From: a virus | Reading direction: 5' to 3' (one strand) | UHGV virus genome: UHGV-2167453 | DNA length: 61,530 nucleotides | In this document: positions 9,259-17,639 of the stretch, piece after piece | How the letters are laid out: each line of letters opens with the position of its first letter | Position numbering within the stretch: the stretch's first letter is position 1 | Program-made: the position numbers and the translations under genes | Notes under the pieces: generated by a model | What the model was told of the DNA's origin: nothing | Database searches by the model: none | Seen by the model: only the letters and a program-made list of their open reading frames with translations

Positions 9259-9879
9259 ATGTCATCTGAGATTGAAAGAGCACAGAATTTTGGCAACATG
9301 CTTGCAAAATCAAGAACAGATGCCGGAAAAACAAGAAAGCAAATGGCTCAAGCTCTCGGAAAGTCAGTCACTACAATTCAGAACTGGGAATCCGGAATAG
9401 GTGAGCCTGGTTACAGAACACTTGAGAAGTGGTTTTCTGTTCTAGGATTGAATATGGAAAAGTACATTCTCAGCTACCGATACCCTGACAAATTCTTGAC
9501 TTTTGACAAAGATACAGAAATCGAAAAGATGGTTGACTGTATTCATGCTTACATCAACACGAACTACACTGAGCGAGATATTCGTCAAATGGCTTACTGT
9601 ATGTTCGGAGATACTGGTTCCTCATGGCACGAGCAATTAAATATGCTGACAGCTAACAATCACTGCTCTATGCGGTCGAGAGTTAATATCTGTCAAGCTG
9701 TTTACGACAACTTCCTTATGGAAAAGGCAAGAGGAGAACTTGTCAATGAAGATAATATAATGCCTGACCTTGCTTCTTTAAATATCGCTTTGCAAAGAGG
9801 TCGTGAAGCCGCATGTGAAAACAAAAACGGTTACACAATGACTGGTCAAACAAGAAAGAATAACGATAAAAAGAAATAA
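9259..9879 (+). CDS. XRE-family repressor with extended C-terminal domain (CI-like candidate)
   Basis: Start MSSEIERAQNFG with SD aaagggaggt; HTH KQMAQALGKSVTTIQNWESG; 206 aa. Confidence 0.65.
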   Translation: MSSEIERAQNFGNMLAKSRTDAGKTRKQMAQALGKSVTTIQNWESGIGEPGYRTLEKWFSVLGLNMEKYILSYRYPDKFLTFDKDTEIEKMVDCIHAYINTNYTERDIRQMAYCMFGDTGSSWHEQLNMLTANNHCSMRSRVNICQAVYDNFLMEKARGELVNEDNIMPDLASLNIALQRGREAACENKNGYTMTGQTRKNNDKKK

Positions 9880-9882
9880 AAA

Positions 9883-9917
9883 GAACCCGGGAATTTCACC
9901 CGGGATTTTTGTTTTTT
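9883..9917. terminator. Bidirectional rho-independent terminator between CI-like gene and endolysin
   Basis: cccggg-aatttca-cccggg stem-loop flanked by A-run and T-run. Confidence 0.8.
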
Positions 9918-9932
9918 AGAACAGTTGCAGTC

Positions 9933-11003
9933 TTACTCAATCCAAGCCTGGAACTTGTCAATGAATCTGTATTTGTCTCCGGCATATCCGTCCATTCCAC
10001 TTGCTTTCAGTGTATCGACCTGATCTGCGTAGAAGTTCTTGTTATTCTGTACAGAAACTCTGTAGTGAACCATCTGGTACTCATATCCTTCCGGTGTAAT
10101 GTAATACAGCTCAACTGCGAGAATCTCTGAACCGTCTCCGAGGATTCCATTTACCTTGTCATTCAGATCATAGCTGTTGCCGAATGTAAGATATGGAAGC
10201 CAACCACTCTTTCTTGTGTATACTCGACAACGGATACTTCCCTTGCTGACCTTGATAGCAAGCCACTTGATTGGAACATCATCACCTTTTCCAGCCCAAT
10301 CCGCTTTATTGGTTACTGGACTCCACCACTTAGTAGTATAAGCCTGATATGTAATATCGACCCGTCCTAAGTCTTTCTTTTCTACCGGCTTAGATGGTGC
10401 TGACGGTGTAACAGGTGTAGCACTTCCACCGAACTCCATGTAGCAATAGTTGACATCTACTCTGCCATTAACTCCATCTACATGACCATCGGAAGAATAC
10501 TGCCAAATTGCATACTGACCATTGTAAGTATCCTCCGGAAGATTCTTGTATCTTGCCATCCATTCAATGTACTTGCCACGTACACTGCCAAGATGGCTGT
10601 TGAACCAACTAAGTGAAGCGTAGATTCCCGGAGTATATCCATTTGCTTTTAGTCCTTCGCAGACAATCTCACAGCATCTAGGTGCATATCCCTGTGTACC
10701 CGGCTCTTCCACATCAATGAAGATAGGTAACTGAAATGTATGACCTTTAATCAATCTCAAAATATGATCAAGTTCGCTCTGTGCCTGTCTGTCACAAGTC
10801 GCATAGCTATACAGATAGACTCCTACCGGAATTCCAAGTCTTTCGCACTCTGCAAGGTTGCGAATCCACTGCTTATCGTCCTGTGATGCGATATCATCTC
10901 CATATCCACATCTAAGGATAGCTCCGGCACAACCTGACTCCTTGACTCTTTCCCAGTTGATGACTCCATTATGATAAGATACGTCAATAATAAGTCTACT
11001 CAT
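9933..11003 (-). CDS. Endolysin: GH25 muramidase catalytic domain + C-terminal cell-wall-binding domain
   Basis: LIIDVSYHNGVINWERVKESGCAGAILRCGYG...VGVYLYSYA GH25 pattern; ATG at 11003 with SD aaggtgg (ORF-track GTG start 11012 less likely). Confidence 0.85.
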   Translation of the reverse strand: MSRLIIDVSYHNGVINWERVKESGCAGAILRCGYGDDIASQDDKQWIRNLAECERLGIPVGVYLYSYATCDRQAQSELDHILRLIKGHTFQLPIFIDVEEPGTQGYAPRCCEIVCEGLKANGYTPGIYASLSWFNSHLGSVRGKYIEWMARYKNLPEDTYNGQYAIWQYSSDGHVDGVNGRVDVNYCYMEFGGSATPVTPSAPSKPVEKKDLGRVDITYQAYTTKWWSPVTNKADWAGKGDDVPIKWLAIKVSKGSIRCRVYTRKSGWLPYLTFGNSYDLNDKVNGILGDGSEILAVELYYITPEGYEYQMVHYRVSVQNNKNFYADQVDTLKASGMDGYAGDKYRFIDKFQAWIE

Positions 11004-11172
11004 ACCAGCCACCTTCTTTCAGTTCTGCTTTCTTCTGCTCAATCTCCGCTGCGTGTTCCTCTGCAAATTTCTGCATTATTTCTAATGATGTTCCCTCATT
11101 GTCCGAGATTTCTTTCGCCGAAAGTCCGTAGGCAAAACTCTTGATAATTTCTTTTACTGTCTGCTCTGTCAT
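10996..11172 (-). CDS. Small hypothetical protein (58 aa, MTEQTVKEIIKSFAYGLSAKEISDNEG...) between holin and endolysin, overlaps endolysin start
   Basis: Read directly; stop overlaps ATGAGTAG of endolysin. Confidence 0.35.
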   Translation of the reverse strand: MTEQTVKEIIKSFAYGLSAKEISDNEGTSLEIMQKFAEEHAAEIEQKKAELKEGGWYE

Positions 11173-11174
11173 AA

Positions 11175-11468
11175 TTACTCTTCCTTTCCACTCTGCTTGA
11201 TTAACTGGTTCACATAATTACTCAATCCGGCTACTAAAATTCCTTGTACGATTGCGGTAAACAGTGCCATTGCGATCTCCTGTCCTGTTCTGAGAGTGCA
11301 AGTTGCAATCACGTAGATACCGCAGATAACAATTCCAGCAATTCCTAAGATAGTAGGAATATACTTGTCTGCGATAGTTTCGCTCTGTTTCACTGCCATA
11401 CCAATAAAGTACAGCACAATAGCTACAACAATAAGTTCCGGTTTAATGTAATTGATAATCTGTCCCAT
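11175..11468 (-). CDS. Holin (phage holin, LL-H/phi-LC3-like), copy 1
   Basis: 97 aa, 2-3 TM segments, immediately upstream of endolysin; paralog of 27167..27463. Confidence 0.7.
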   Translation of the reverse strand: MGQIINYIKPELIVVAIVLYFIGMAVKQSETIADKYIPTILGIAGIVICGIYVIATCTLRTGQEIAMALFTAIVQGILVAGLSNYVNQLIKQSGKEE

Positions 11469-11470
11469 GA

Positions 11471-11785
11471 TTATTCTCCTTTTTCTCTTAGGTGTAATTC
11501 TTCAATTTCGTGCATCATTTTTGTAATCATTCCATTGCCACCGAGTTTGTGATACGCATTATACATTTCACAGAAATTCTCGTAAGCATACGATGGGATT
11601 GAACCAAGTCTCATATACTTATCATGGTATTCAATCAACTGGACTCTAAGTAAAAGCATCGTGCCTTCACTATTTGCATCCCTGTCTTTCTTCTGATTTT
11701 TTAGCATCCATACCACATAACCCATAAGCGCAGTTAAAATGATTGGCAACGCTGTGATATAGGTCTGATAAAAAAAGTGTTCCAA
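11471..11785 (-). CDS. Membrane protein (N-terminal TM then LKNQKKDRD basic patch), possible holin partner
   Basis: 104 aa; same architecture as 27460..27774. Confidence 0.45.
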   Translation of the reverse strand: MEHFFYQTYITALPIILTALMGYVVWMLKNQKKDRDANSEGTMLLLRVQLIEYHDKYMRLGSIPSYAYENFCEMYNAYHKLGGNGMITKMMHEIEELHLREKGE

Positions 11786-11799
11786 TGGTTTAATCCTCT

Positions 11800-11958
11800 C
11801 TATTCTTCGGACTGCTCCGCTTTTTCGGTATCCTCTCCAACAATGTAGTTATACTCATCAATTGAGATAACGCCCTTTTCCACTCTCTTCTGTAGCTGCG
11901 CCTTTGTCACTCTGTCATTCTCGTACAGTCTTTTCAGACTTTCTACTAAAATTCTCAT
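11800..11958 (-). CDS. xkdX: XkdX-family small protein
   Basis: 52 aa MRILVESLKRLYENDRVTKAQLQKRVEKGVISIDEYNYIVGED... matches XkdX pattern (..YxxGxWTKExVxxxVxKGxITxxEYxxITGE). Confidence 0.55.
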   Translation of the reverse strand: MRILVESLKRLYENDRVTKAQLQKRVEKGVISIDEYNYIVGEDTEKAEQSEE

Positions 11959-11975
11959 TGCTTATACCGCCTTTC

Positions 11976-12305
11976 TTAAATAAGTCCTTCTTCCATTAAC
12001 TGTGCTGTGTACTCGTCAATTTTAAGGTTCGCGTACTCAACCATTGCGTCTGTAGGAGCTTCATCTCCCTCGTAGTCCAGATAACTCTCAGGATCAGCTT
12101 TGATCTGTTCAGCTGTCAGTGAGTGAGTGCGGAAGATACATCCATCATACTCATATGCCGTAGACTCTTTTACTTCACCGTCTTCCAGAGGTTCTGTCTC
12201 TGCAACCTCTCTTTCGTTTGTCAGAATAACCACATCTCTTGCTCCGTTCTCAAGCTCATAGATGCTTACTTTCTCCTGTTTCTCCGAAAATCTCATTGTA
12301 TTCAC
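11976..12305 (-). CDS. Hypothetical acidic protein (XkdW-position)
   Basis: 109-aa ORF between RT and xkdX-like gene. Confidence 0.35.
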   Translation of the reverse strand: MNTMRFSEKQEKVSIYELENGARDVVILTNEREVAETEPLEDGEVKESTAYEYDGCIFRTHSLTAEQIKADPESYLDYEGDEAPTDAMVEYANLKIDEYTAQLMEEGLI

Positions 12306-12306
12306 G

Positions 12307-13461
12307 TTATTCTCCTTTCGTGGCTCGTCCGATTACTTTCTTAGCTGCCTTATTTATAGTTTCAATGTGGTATCGTCTTTGGAATCTCTTACTATCCGTG
12401 TGTTTGATTGCTCCGTATCTTGCGACACAACTTCTTGCAAGTTTCAGTGGAATCTCTTTCCCGTGGCAGACATACGAATATGCTCTCTTGTAAGTTCTCC
12501 TTGCTTTCAAGAATGTTGATGAACGTATCGTCAGATTCTTTCTTGATATCTTCCGTCCAAGAATATCTACATATTCTGTTTGCAAATCGATAAAATGAGC
12601 TGTCTCCTTTAATTCAAGCCTTAACTCTTTGCTGATATATTCGTTAAATCTTTTCACTAGCATTTTCATATCTTTCTTGCTGTGACCGAAGAAAATGATA
12701 TCATCCATCTGAAATAGCACATGGCTTACAAGCCTTACTTTCTTGACTGTTCCATCTCTCCTCTTGCGAACCTTGAACTGTTGGCTTGCGGAAATATAAG
12801 CCTTGCTCAGATAGTAATTTGCTAAGAACTGGCTCAAATATGAACCTATAGAAAGTCCGTATTCAAATGTATCAATCAAGAAGAACACTAAATGAAGAAG
12901 TCTGTCATTCTTTACATCACGTTTCAACATCTTTTTCAGAACATTTTTATTTATATTTTCATAATAATGCCGAACGTCTGCTTGCCATGCCCAACGAATA
13001 TTTTTATCTGCCAACCATTTCTTGATAGCTCCAGCTCCAAATTCATTACCTTTACGTTTAACTGCTCCGCATTGATAAAAGCCGAGTTTCTTTTCAAACA
13101 ATTCTTTCAAGCCGTATACTGCGATATAATCGTAGATTTGCTGTTTAATATCTTGGATTCCGATATTTCGTAGCTTTCCAGTACAAGAATCTTTCTTGAT
13201 TCTGTAACGGATTTTCTTCACGATATACTTCTGTTCCAGGATTTCTTGACGGATACCATCTATGACAGTTTCTACAATGCCGTCAAGCATATATCTGCTT
13301 TCTTGAGCCATATCCATCAAGAACTGATACGGAAGTCCCGTGTATTCCATGAACATGTGAATTGTGTCGCTACGTGTGATCTTATTGCTGATACAGCTCC
13401 ATGTTGCTTCTGAGATTAATTCTCTGCTTGTTATATCAATGTTCTTGCAGTATCGTTTCAT
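12307..13461 (-). CDS. Reverse transcriptase of a diversity-generating retroelement (DGR RT)
   Basis: RT motifs: GLSIGSYLSQFLANYYL (motif 4 with DGR-type IGxxxSQ), VLFQMDDIIFFG (motif 5 xxDD), WAWQADVRHYYENI (motif 3); adjacent TR/VR pair. Confidence 0.85.
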   Translation of the reverse strand: MKRYCKNIDITSRELISEATWSCISNKITRSDTIHMFMEYTGLPYQFLMDMAQESRYMLDGIVETVIDGIRQEILEQKYIVKKIRYRIKKDSCTGKLRNIGIQDIKQQIYDYIAVYGLKELFEKKLGFYQCGAVKRKGNEFGAGAIKKWLADKNIRWAWQADVRHYYENINKNVLKKMLKRDVKNDRLLHLVFFLIDTFEYGLSIGSYLSQFLANYYLSKAYISASQQFKVRKRRDGTVKKVRLVSHVLFQMDDIIFFGHSKKDMKMLVKRFNEYISKELRLELKETAHFIDLQTEYVDILGRKISRKNLTIRSSTFLKARRTYKRAYSYVCHGKEIPLKLARSCVARYGAIKHTDSKRFQRRYHIETINKAAKKVIGRATKGE

Positions 13462-13639
13462 TTTAGTTCCGAGGGACTTTCGGTTTTTCTACTAGCCCCA
13501 GCCTATACCAATTCGTATAAACTGCCAGTACCACTGCCGTGGCACCAGCTCCCTTTCTTGTTACTTATTTAAGACCTTTCGGTACAACTTATTGTTGTGA
13601 AATGCCGTGCAAGCACCCAGCGGTGCGTAATGTTTGCAT

Positions 13640-13741
13640 AATAAAATTCAGAAGGCGTAGTTCCAATTCGTCCTAGAGACCTCGTTCCTGAGATTCGAGT
13701 AGCAGAAACCGCCATTCGTGCCATTCCTGAGATTCCCACGC
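13640..13741 (-). repeat. DGR template repeat (TR), intergenic between target gene and RT
   Basis: 102-bp near-copy of 13837-13938 (offset 197); coding-strand adenines are the only mismatched positions. Confidence 0.85.
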
Positions 13742-13780
13742 CAGCACGACAAGTCCTGTATTTTCTATTCAGCTTAATTA

Positions 13781-13795
13781 AGGGGAAGAGCCCCT
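13781..13795. promoter_or_regulatory. GC-rich hairpin (agggg-aagag-cccct) ~45 nt downstream of VR/stop codon, candidate DGR homing hairpin
   Basis: 5-bp G/C stem; T-run lies on plus strand so not a minus-strand terminator. Confidence 0.45.
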
Positions 13796-13836
13796 CTTTT
13801 TTTCTGCGAAAAAATTCACCCTTGAAAGGTGGCGGG

Positions 13837-13938
13837 AACTAAACGCAGAAGGCGCAGCCCCAATTCGCCCAAGAGACCACGTCCCAGAGAGCCGAGAAGC
13901 AGAAACCGCCATTCGCGCCATTCCTGAGATTCCCACGC
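13837..13938 (-). repeat. DGR variable repeat (VR) covering last ~32 codons and stop of 504-aa target gene; GC-rich IMH at its 3' end (about 13828-13850)
   Basis: Alignment to TR: 12 mismatches in 93-bp core, all at TR-A positions (T on plus strand). Confidence 0.85.
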
Positions 13939-15353
13939 TTCAAAGCTTCTCTGTAACCAGTATCGGTACCGCCTTTATAGAGTTTGTCTCCAACACCAAC
14001 AGAATCACCAATTCCAACCGTTTTTAGATAATCAACGCCAGTCTCAAGATCAATGTCGATATCTCCAATCCAACAGTCATTCGAGTCAATCATGTCCACT
14101 GTAACAACTTTCTTCCATCCTGAAGCTGTCGCAGACCAAGCCACACCTTTTGGACGCACATAATAGTCAACCATACTGGCTGTGGTTTTATTCCATAACT
14201 CATTCATGGAGATGAAGTTAGCTCCAACGCCCTCCTCGATACCACCGAGCTTGAATGCGTGCTTGCCATCATTGGAAATGTATCCGTCAGCTCCAAGCAC
14301 TTCATCTGTTGTACCTGAATGAAGTGGCATTGATGAAATGTAAGTATCCGCAGTGATTGTCATGCCAGTTTTTTCAACGTAGACCTTGCTGTTTGCTGTA
14401 TCCGCAATAGATTCGATCGCTGTAATTCTCACATTCTTTGCAATTGCATTCATGCTTGCCTGTCCACGATCAACATTGTTATTAGCTCCCGGAGTACCGA
14501 TTGATACAGTTTCTCCGACATAGAAGTTCTTCGCCTGAGCTGTTGTAATTACCACGTAATTTACATTCTCGCCAGTTTCAGCAACTTTGTACTGGTGATT
14601 GCCAGTATCAACACAACCTCTAAAGTATTTCTGACTATTCTTTGTCGCATACTTAATCCACAGCATACAGAGCAGATATGCAGTACGCTCCGAACCGGAA
14701 CCGACATATCCAGCACCTTTCTTTTCCAGCTCACCGATTGCCAACTGTGCAGAAACAAAGTTGTAAATCGCATTTCCAGAAGAACTGTATGCGATTCCAT
14801 CAATCAATCCGGCATAATACTTTGTGACCATGCCATATCCAAGATTCTCATCTGTCCACGGAGTTGGAATGGTGCAGCCAACTTCCGGATGCGGCGTATC
14901 AGAAAAATGAATGATGTAATATCCGTCAAACTCTTCCTTGCCCCAGTAAGTTGGTGGAGTCATGATTCCTACATCAACCTTTCCTATATTGGAAAATCCG
15001 TTACCACCTTTTATTGCAACTGGAATCTTATCACCGGCATCATTCACCGTAAAATTACAGTCAATGTAATTGAAAGCATTTCTTCCAGCGAAATCATCCT
15101 GATTCTTCGCCTTGTCTGTGGAAGGAACTGCAACCAGTCCTTTTGAAGCGTTCAGTTTTTCTCCAGCTGGATTCGTTGAGTTTTCGTAATTATAAAACTT
15201 TGTGGAGAACAACTCTCCTGTTGCCATATTCGCCCAGAAGTTTTTCCAGTCGAATTTTTCTACATCCGTCACCATTGTGCGAATAATTTTACACATCTCA
15301 AGAATCTCCTGTGATGTTTTTTCCATAGCAATATCTACAGATGCCTGTGCCAT
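13839..15353 (-). CDS. DGR target protein: tail-fibre/receptor-binding candidate with C-terminal variable (C-type-lectin-like) region
   Basis: 504 aa; ends ...RGNLRNGANGGFCFSALWDVVSWANWGCAFCV encoded by VR; located between tail genes and RT/lysis genes. Confidence 0.7.
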   Translation of the reverse strand: MAQASVDIAMEKTSQEILEMCKIIRTMVTDVEKFDWKNFWANMATGELFSTKFYNYENSTNPAGEKLNASKGLVAVPSTDKAKNQDDFAGRNAFNYIDCNFTVNDAGDKIPVAIKGGNGFSNIGKVDVGIMTPPTYWGKEEFDGYYIIHFSDTPHPEVGCTIPTPWTDENLGYGMVTKYYAGLIDGIAYSSSGNAIYNFVSAQLAIGELEKKGAGYVGSGSERTAYLLCMLWIKYATKNSQKYFRGCVDTGNHQYKVAETGENVNYVVITTAQAKNFYVGETVSIGTPGANNNVDRGQASMNAIAKNVRITAIESIADTANSKVYVEKTGMTITADTYISSMPLHSGTTDEVLGADGYISNDGKHAFKLGGIEEGVGANFISMNELWNKTTASMVDYYVRPKGVAWSATASGWKKVVTVDMIDSNDCWIGDIDIDLETGVDYLKTVGIGDSVGVGDKLYKGGTDTGYREALKRGNLRNGANGGFCFSALWDVVSWANWGCAFCV

Positions 15354-15816
15354 TATTATATCCTCCTATTTTCCATCATCATAAGTTACTCTAAGTCCAC
15401 CAAATTCGTTAATCGAGAATGAAATCCCTTTTCCGTTTGCTTTTTCTTCATTTAGTAAACTAATTTTTTCTTTGTTTGTTTTGATCTGCGCCAAGTCTTC
15501 TTCCGAAATTCCACCTAAATCACCATCAGACGGAGCCGGAGGAATCAGGGTTTTCTTTTCGATTTCACCTGTTTCTTTGTTCTTTACATTTAAAAATGAA
15601 CCTTTTCCAATATCACTCGTTGCCATGTCGTACCTCCTTACTCAATCGAGATTCCTCTTGTCTCCGGGTTGTATGTGCTGTTCCTGCGGTAACTGGATTT
15701 TCTTTTAGATACTCATTCACAGCTGTTGTCACCTGTTCTTGAGTGACAGGATTCTTTATTTTTTCATTGACAATCGCCAATACATCTTCTGCTTTCAATG
15801 CCATAATTCTCACTCC

Positions 15817-16392
15817 TTAAACAATAGATATGCCACGGGTTGACGGGTCGAATTCCAACTTCACAGCTACTTTAGAATCGTAGGTGTTCAACAACTGTTC
15901 AATCAAGTCCTTGTTCTTTTCCGCGATCTGCTGAGTAGTTTCCAATCCCTCAAGGACTTCTCCCTCAGCCCATGTTGTGTTCCACTCTGTCGTAAGAGTG
16001 CCGTCTGAATTTGACTTTTTGGCGCAGACAGAGAAGTGGATTCCGTCTGTATATTTCGTTACATTTCGACCAAGAACCCAAGAGAATGTGATGTAGTCTC
16101 CGCTTGTCACAACATCTTGAACAATGTAGGAATCACCCTCTTCATCTGCTTGATTCGGACTTTTGTAGTTGATGTACAGATTCATGGTCGCAAGATTGAT
16201 GTTGTTTCCAACAATTTTCGGACACTTGAAATACTTTCTTTCAGCCTTTTCATCTGACTGCACACCGAAAAGTCTCTCTGAATCAGGAACATTAATCGTT
16301 CTTGTCTCTGGGTCAATCATAAGAATGTCATTGACTGGCTTTACAATCTCCTGTTCTGCCAATGCTACAGCTAATGCTTCTTGTTCCGTCAC
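15817..16392 (-). CDS. Hypothetical tail/baseplate-region protein
   Basis: 191-aa ORF in tail module; smaller ORFs 15366..15626 and 15613..15813 lie downstream. Confidence 0.35.
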   Translation of the reverse strand: MTEQEALAVALAEQEIVKPVNDILMIDPETRTINVPDSERLFGVQSDEKAERKYFKCPKIVGNNINLATMNLYINYKSPNQADEEGDSYIVQDVVTSGDYITFSWVLGRNVTKYTDGIHFSVCAKKSNSDGTLTTEWNTTWAEGEVLEGLETTQQIAEKNKDLIEQLLNTYDSKVAVKLEFDPSTRGISIV

Positions 16393-16769
16393 TGATCCAC
16401 CTCCGTTCTGTTCGTGGTGAGTCTTCTTCCATCTGATACGCCGATAACCCTTACTTTGAATGAGATGCTGTCAAGAACTTTTGACGGGATTTCGCACTCA
16501 TTACCGATAATTGGTCTGCACTCTTCTACTTTGTCCCATGCATCATTAAAAACAGCTACCTTTGCGTATCCGTTCCAATCATAGGAAAAAGAAAACTGCG
16601 CTTTCAAATATCCCGTTGTCCCTCTTGCGAGATCACGAAAATCACAGTTCTTCGCTTTCTCTATCCTCTGCTCTTTCACGTTGAATTTTAATGTTCTCAT
16701 AACATCACTCCTGCGCTTTAATAAAGAATTCAGACACATAAATTTCTGTTCCAGCTGCAATGACTCCAC
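16389..16769 (-). CDS. Hypothetical tail-region protein
   Basis: 126-aa ORF, overlapping stops/starts typical of structural operon. Confidence 0.35.
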   Translation of the reverse strand: MESLQLEQKFMCLNSLLKRRSDVMRTLKFNVKEQRIEKAKNCDFRDLARGTTGYLKAQFSFSYDWNGYAKVAVFNDAWDKVEECRPIIGNECEIPSKVLDSISFKVRVIGVSDGRRLTTNRTEVDQ

Positions 16770-17187
16770 CGAACGGAGTGATAGTAACTTGTCCGTTGCC
16801 TATAATGTCTAAAATAAAACCAAAATTATTATCGATGTAGATTTTTCGTGATACTTCGAACATAGGTGCTGGCACAATACTCAGTAAATATTCGTGTCCT
16901 TCTGGAACTTCCGTTCTCATCTTGTACGTAATGTTAAGCCATGTTACAGCTCCTACTTCCGTAATGTAGCACCCGCTACCGACAGCTCTTGTTTTAGGAA
17001 CTATAACAGAGTTAATAGCTTTCCTTTCTTCATTAACTTCTTTTGCTCCATAAGGGCTACCTTCTTGAGAGTACTCAGTAACATCAGTGAAAGAAACTGT
17101 ATTGTCGCTGTTGTTCGTCATTTTGTATTTCTTATTTCCAGTTGTGTCTTTCAATACACTATCCTTAAAATCAGTTCTTAATGCCAT
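16705..17187 (-). CDS. Hypothetical tail-region protein
   Basis: 160-aa ORF. Confidence 0.35.
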   Translation of the reverse strand: MALRTDFKDSVLKDTTGNKKYKMTNNSDNTVSFTDVTEYSQEGSPYGAKEVNEERKAINSVIVPKTRAVGSGCYITEVGAVTWLNITYKMRTEVPEGHEYLLSIVPAPMFEVSRKIYIDNNFGFILDIIGNGQVTITPFGGVIAAGTEIYVSEFFIKAQE

Positions 17188-17198
17188 AACGATGCCTC

Positions 17199-17639
17199 CT
17201 ATAACTTCATTCCAAGCTTTATATCACCGAGCTTGTTCTTGTTTTTCTTGATGCTGTTCAAACCATTGTAGTAATCAACAGTCATCTGTTCATATCTGTT
17301 CATATCCTCATAAGACGGTGTCGGTTTATTTGGATACCAGTTTTTCATGTCTGATGATGTGTATTTTACAAAACCGAACGACTTGTCATGTAAAAGCTTT
17401 AAGTTCAATTCAATCAGATTGAATTCATCTGCAAATGGGAAATCCGAATATGTCTTATCGATACCCATATCCTCATATTCGTATTCAGGAAACAACTCAA
17501 AAGACAAGTCGATCAGATATTGTATGTTGTTCTTGATTCTATTGTAATCAGTATGAGAAAAATACGAGTGTTCTCCCCAATTAGTATATGGTGTCGAAAA
17601 TGATGCCATGCTATTACCTCCTTGTTTCAAGCGTTCCAC
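17199..17639 (-). CDS. Hypothetical tail-region protein
   Basis: 146-aa ORF. Confidence 0.35.
   Translation of the reverse strand: MERLKQGGNSMASFSTPYTNWGEHSYFSHTDYNRIKNNIQYLIDLSFELFPEYEYEDMGIDKTYSDFPFADEFNLIELNLKLLHDKSFGFVKYTSSDMKNWYPNKPTPSYEDMNRYEQMTVDYYNGLNSIKKNKNKLGDIKLGMKL

Noticed and set aside
11976-12305. 109-aa ORF downstream of the RT as a candidate Avd
   Set aside because: It is strongly acidic and has none of the basic helical character of Avd. Its position (after the RT, before xkdX) fits an XkdW-like tail-fibre-region protein better.
13775-13805. Hairpin plus T7 run as a rho-independent terminator of the 504-aa gene
   Set aside because: The T-run is on the plus strand while the gene is on the minus strand. 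On the minus strand the hairpin is followed by aattaagc. It is better explained as the DGR post-VR hairpin, or as a plus-strand antisense terminator.
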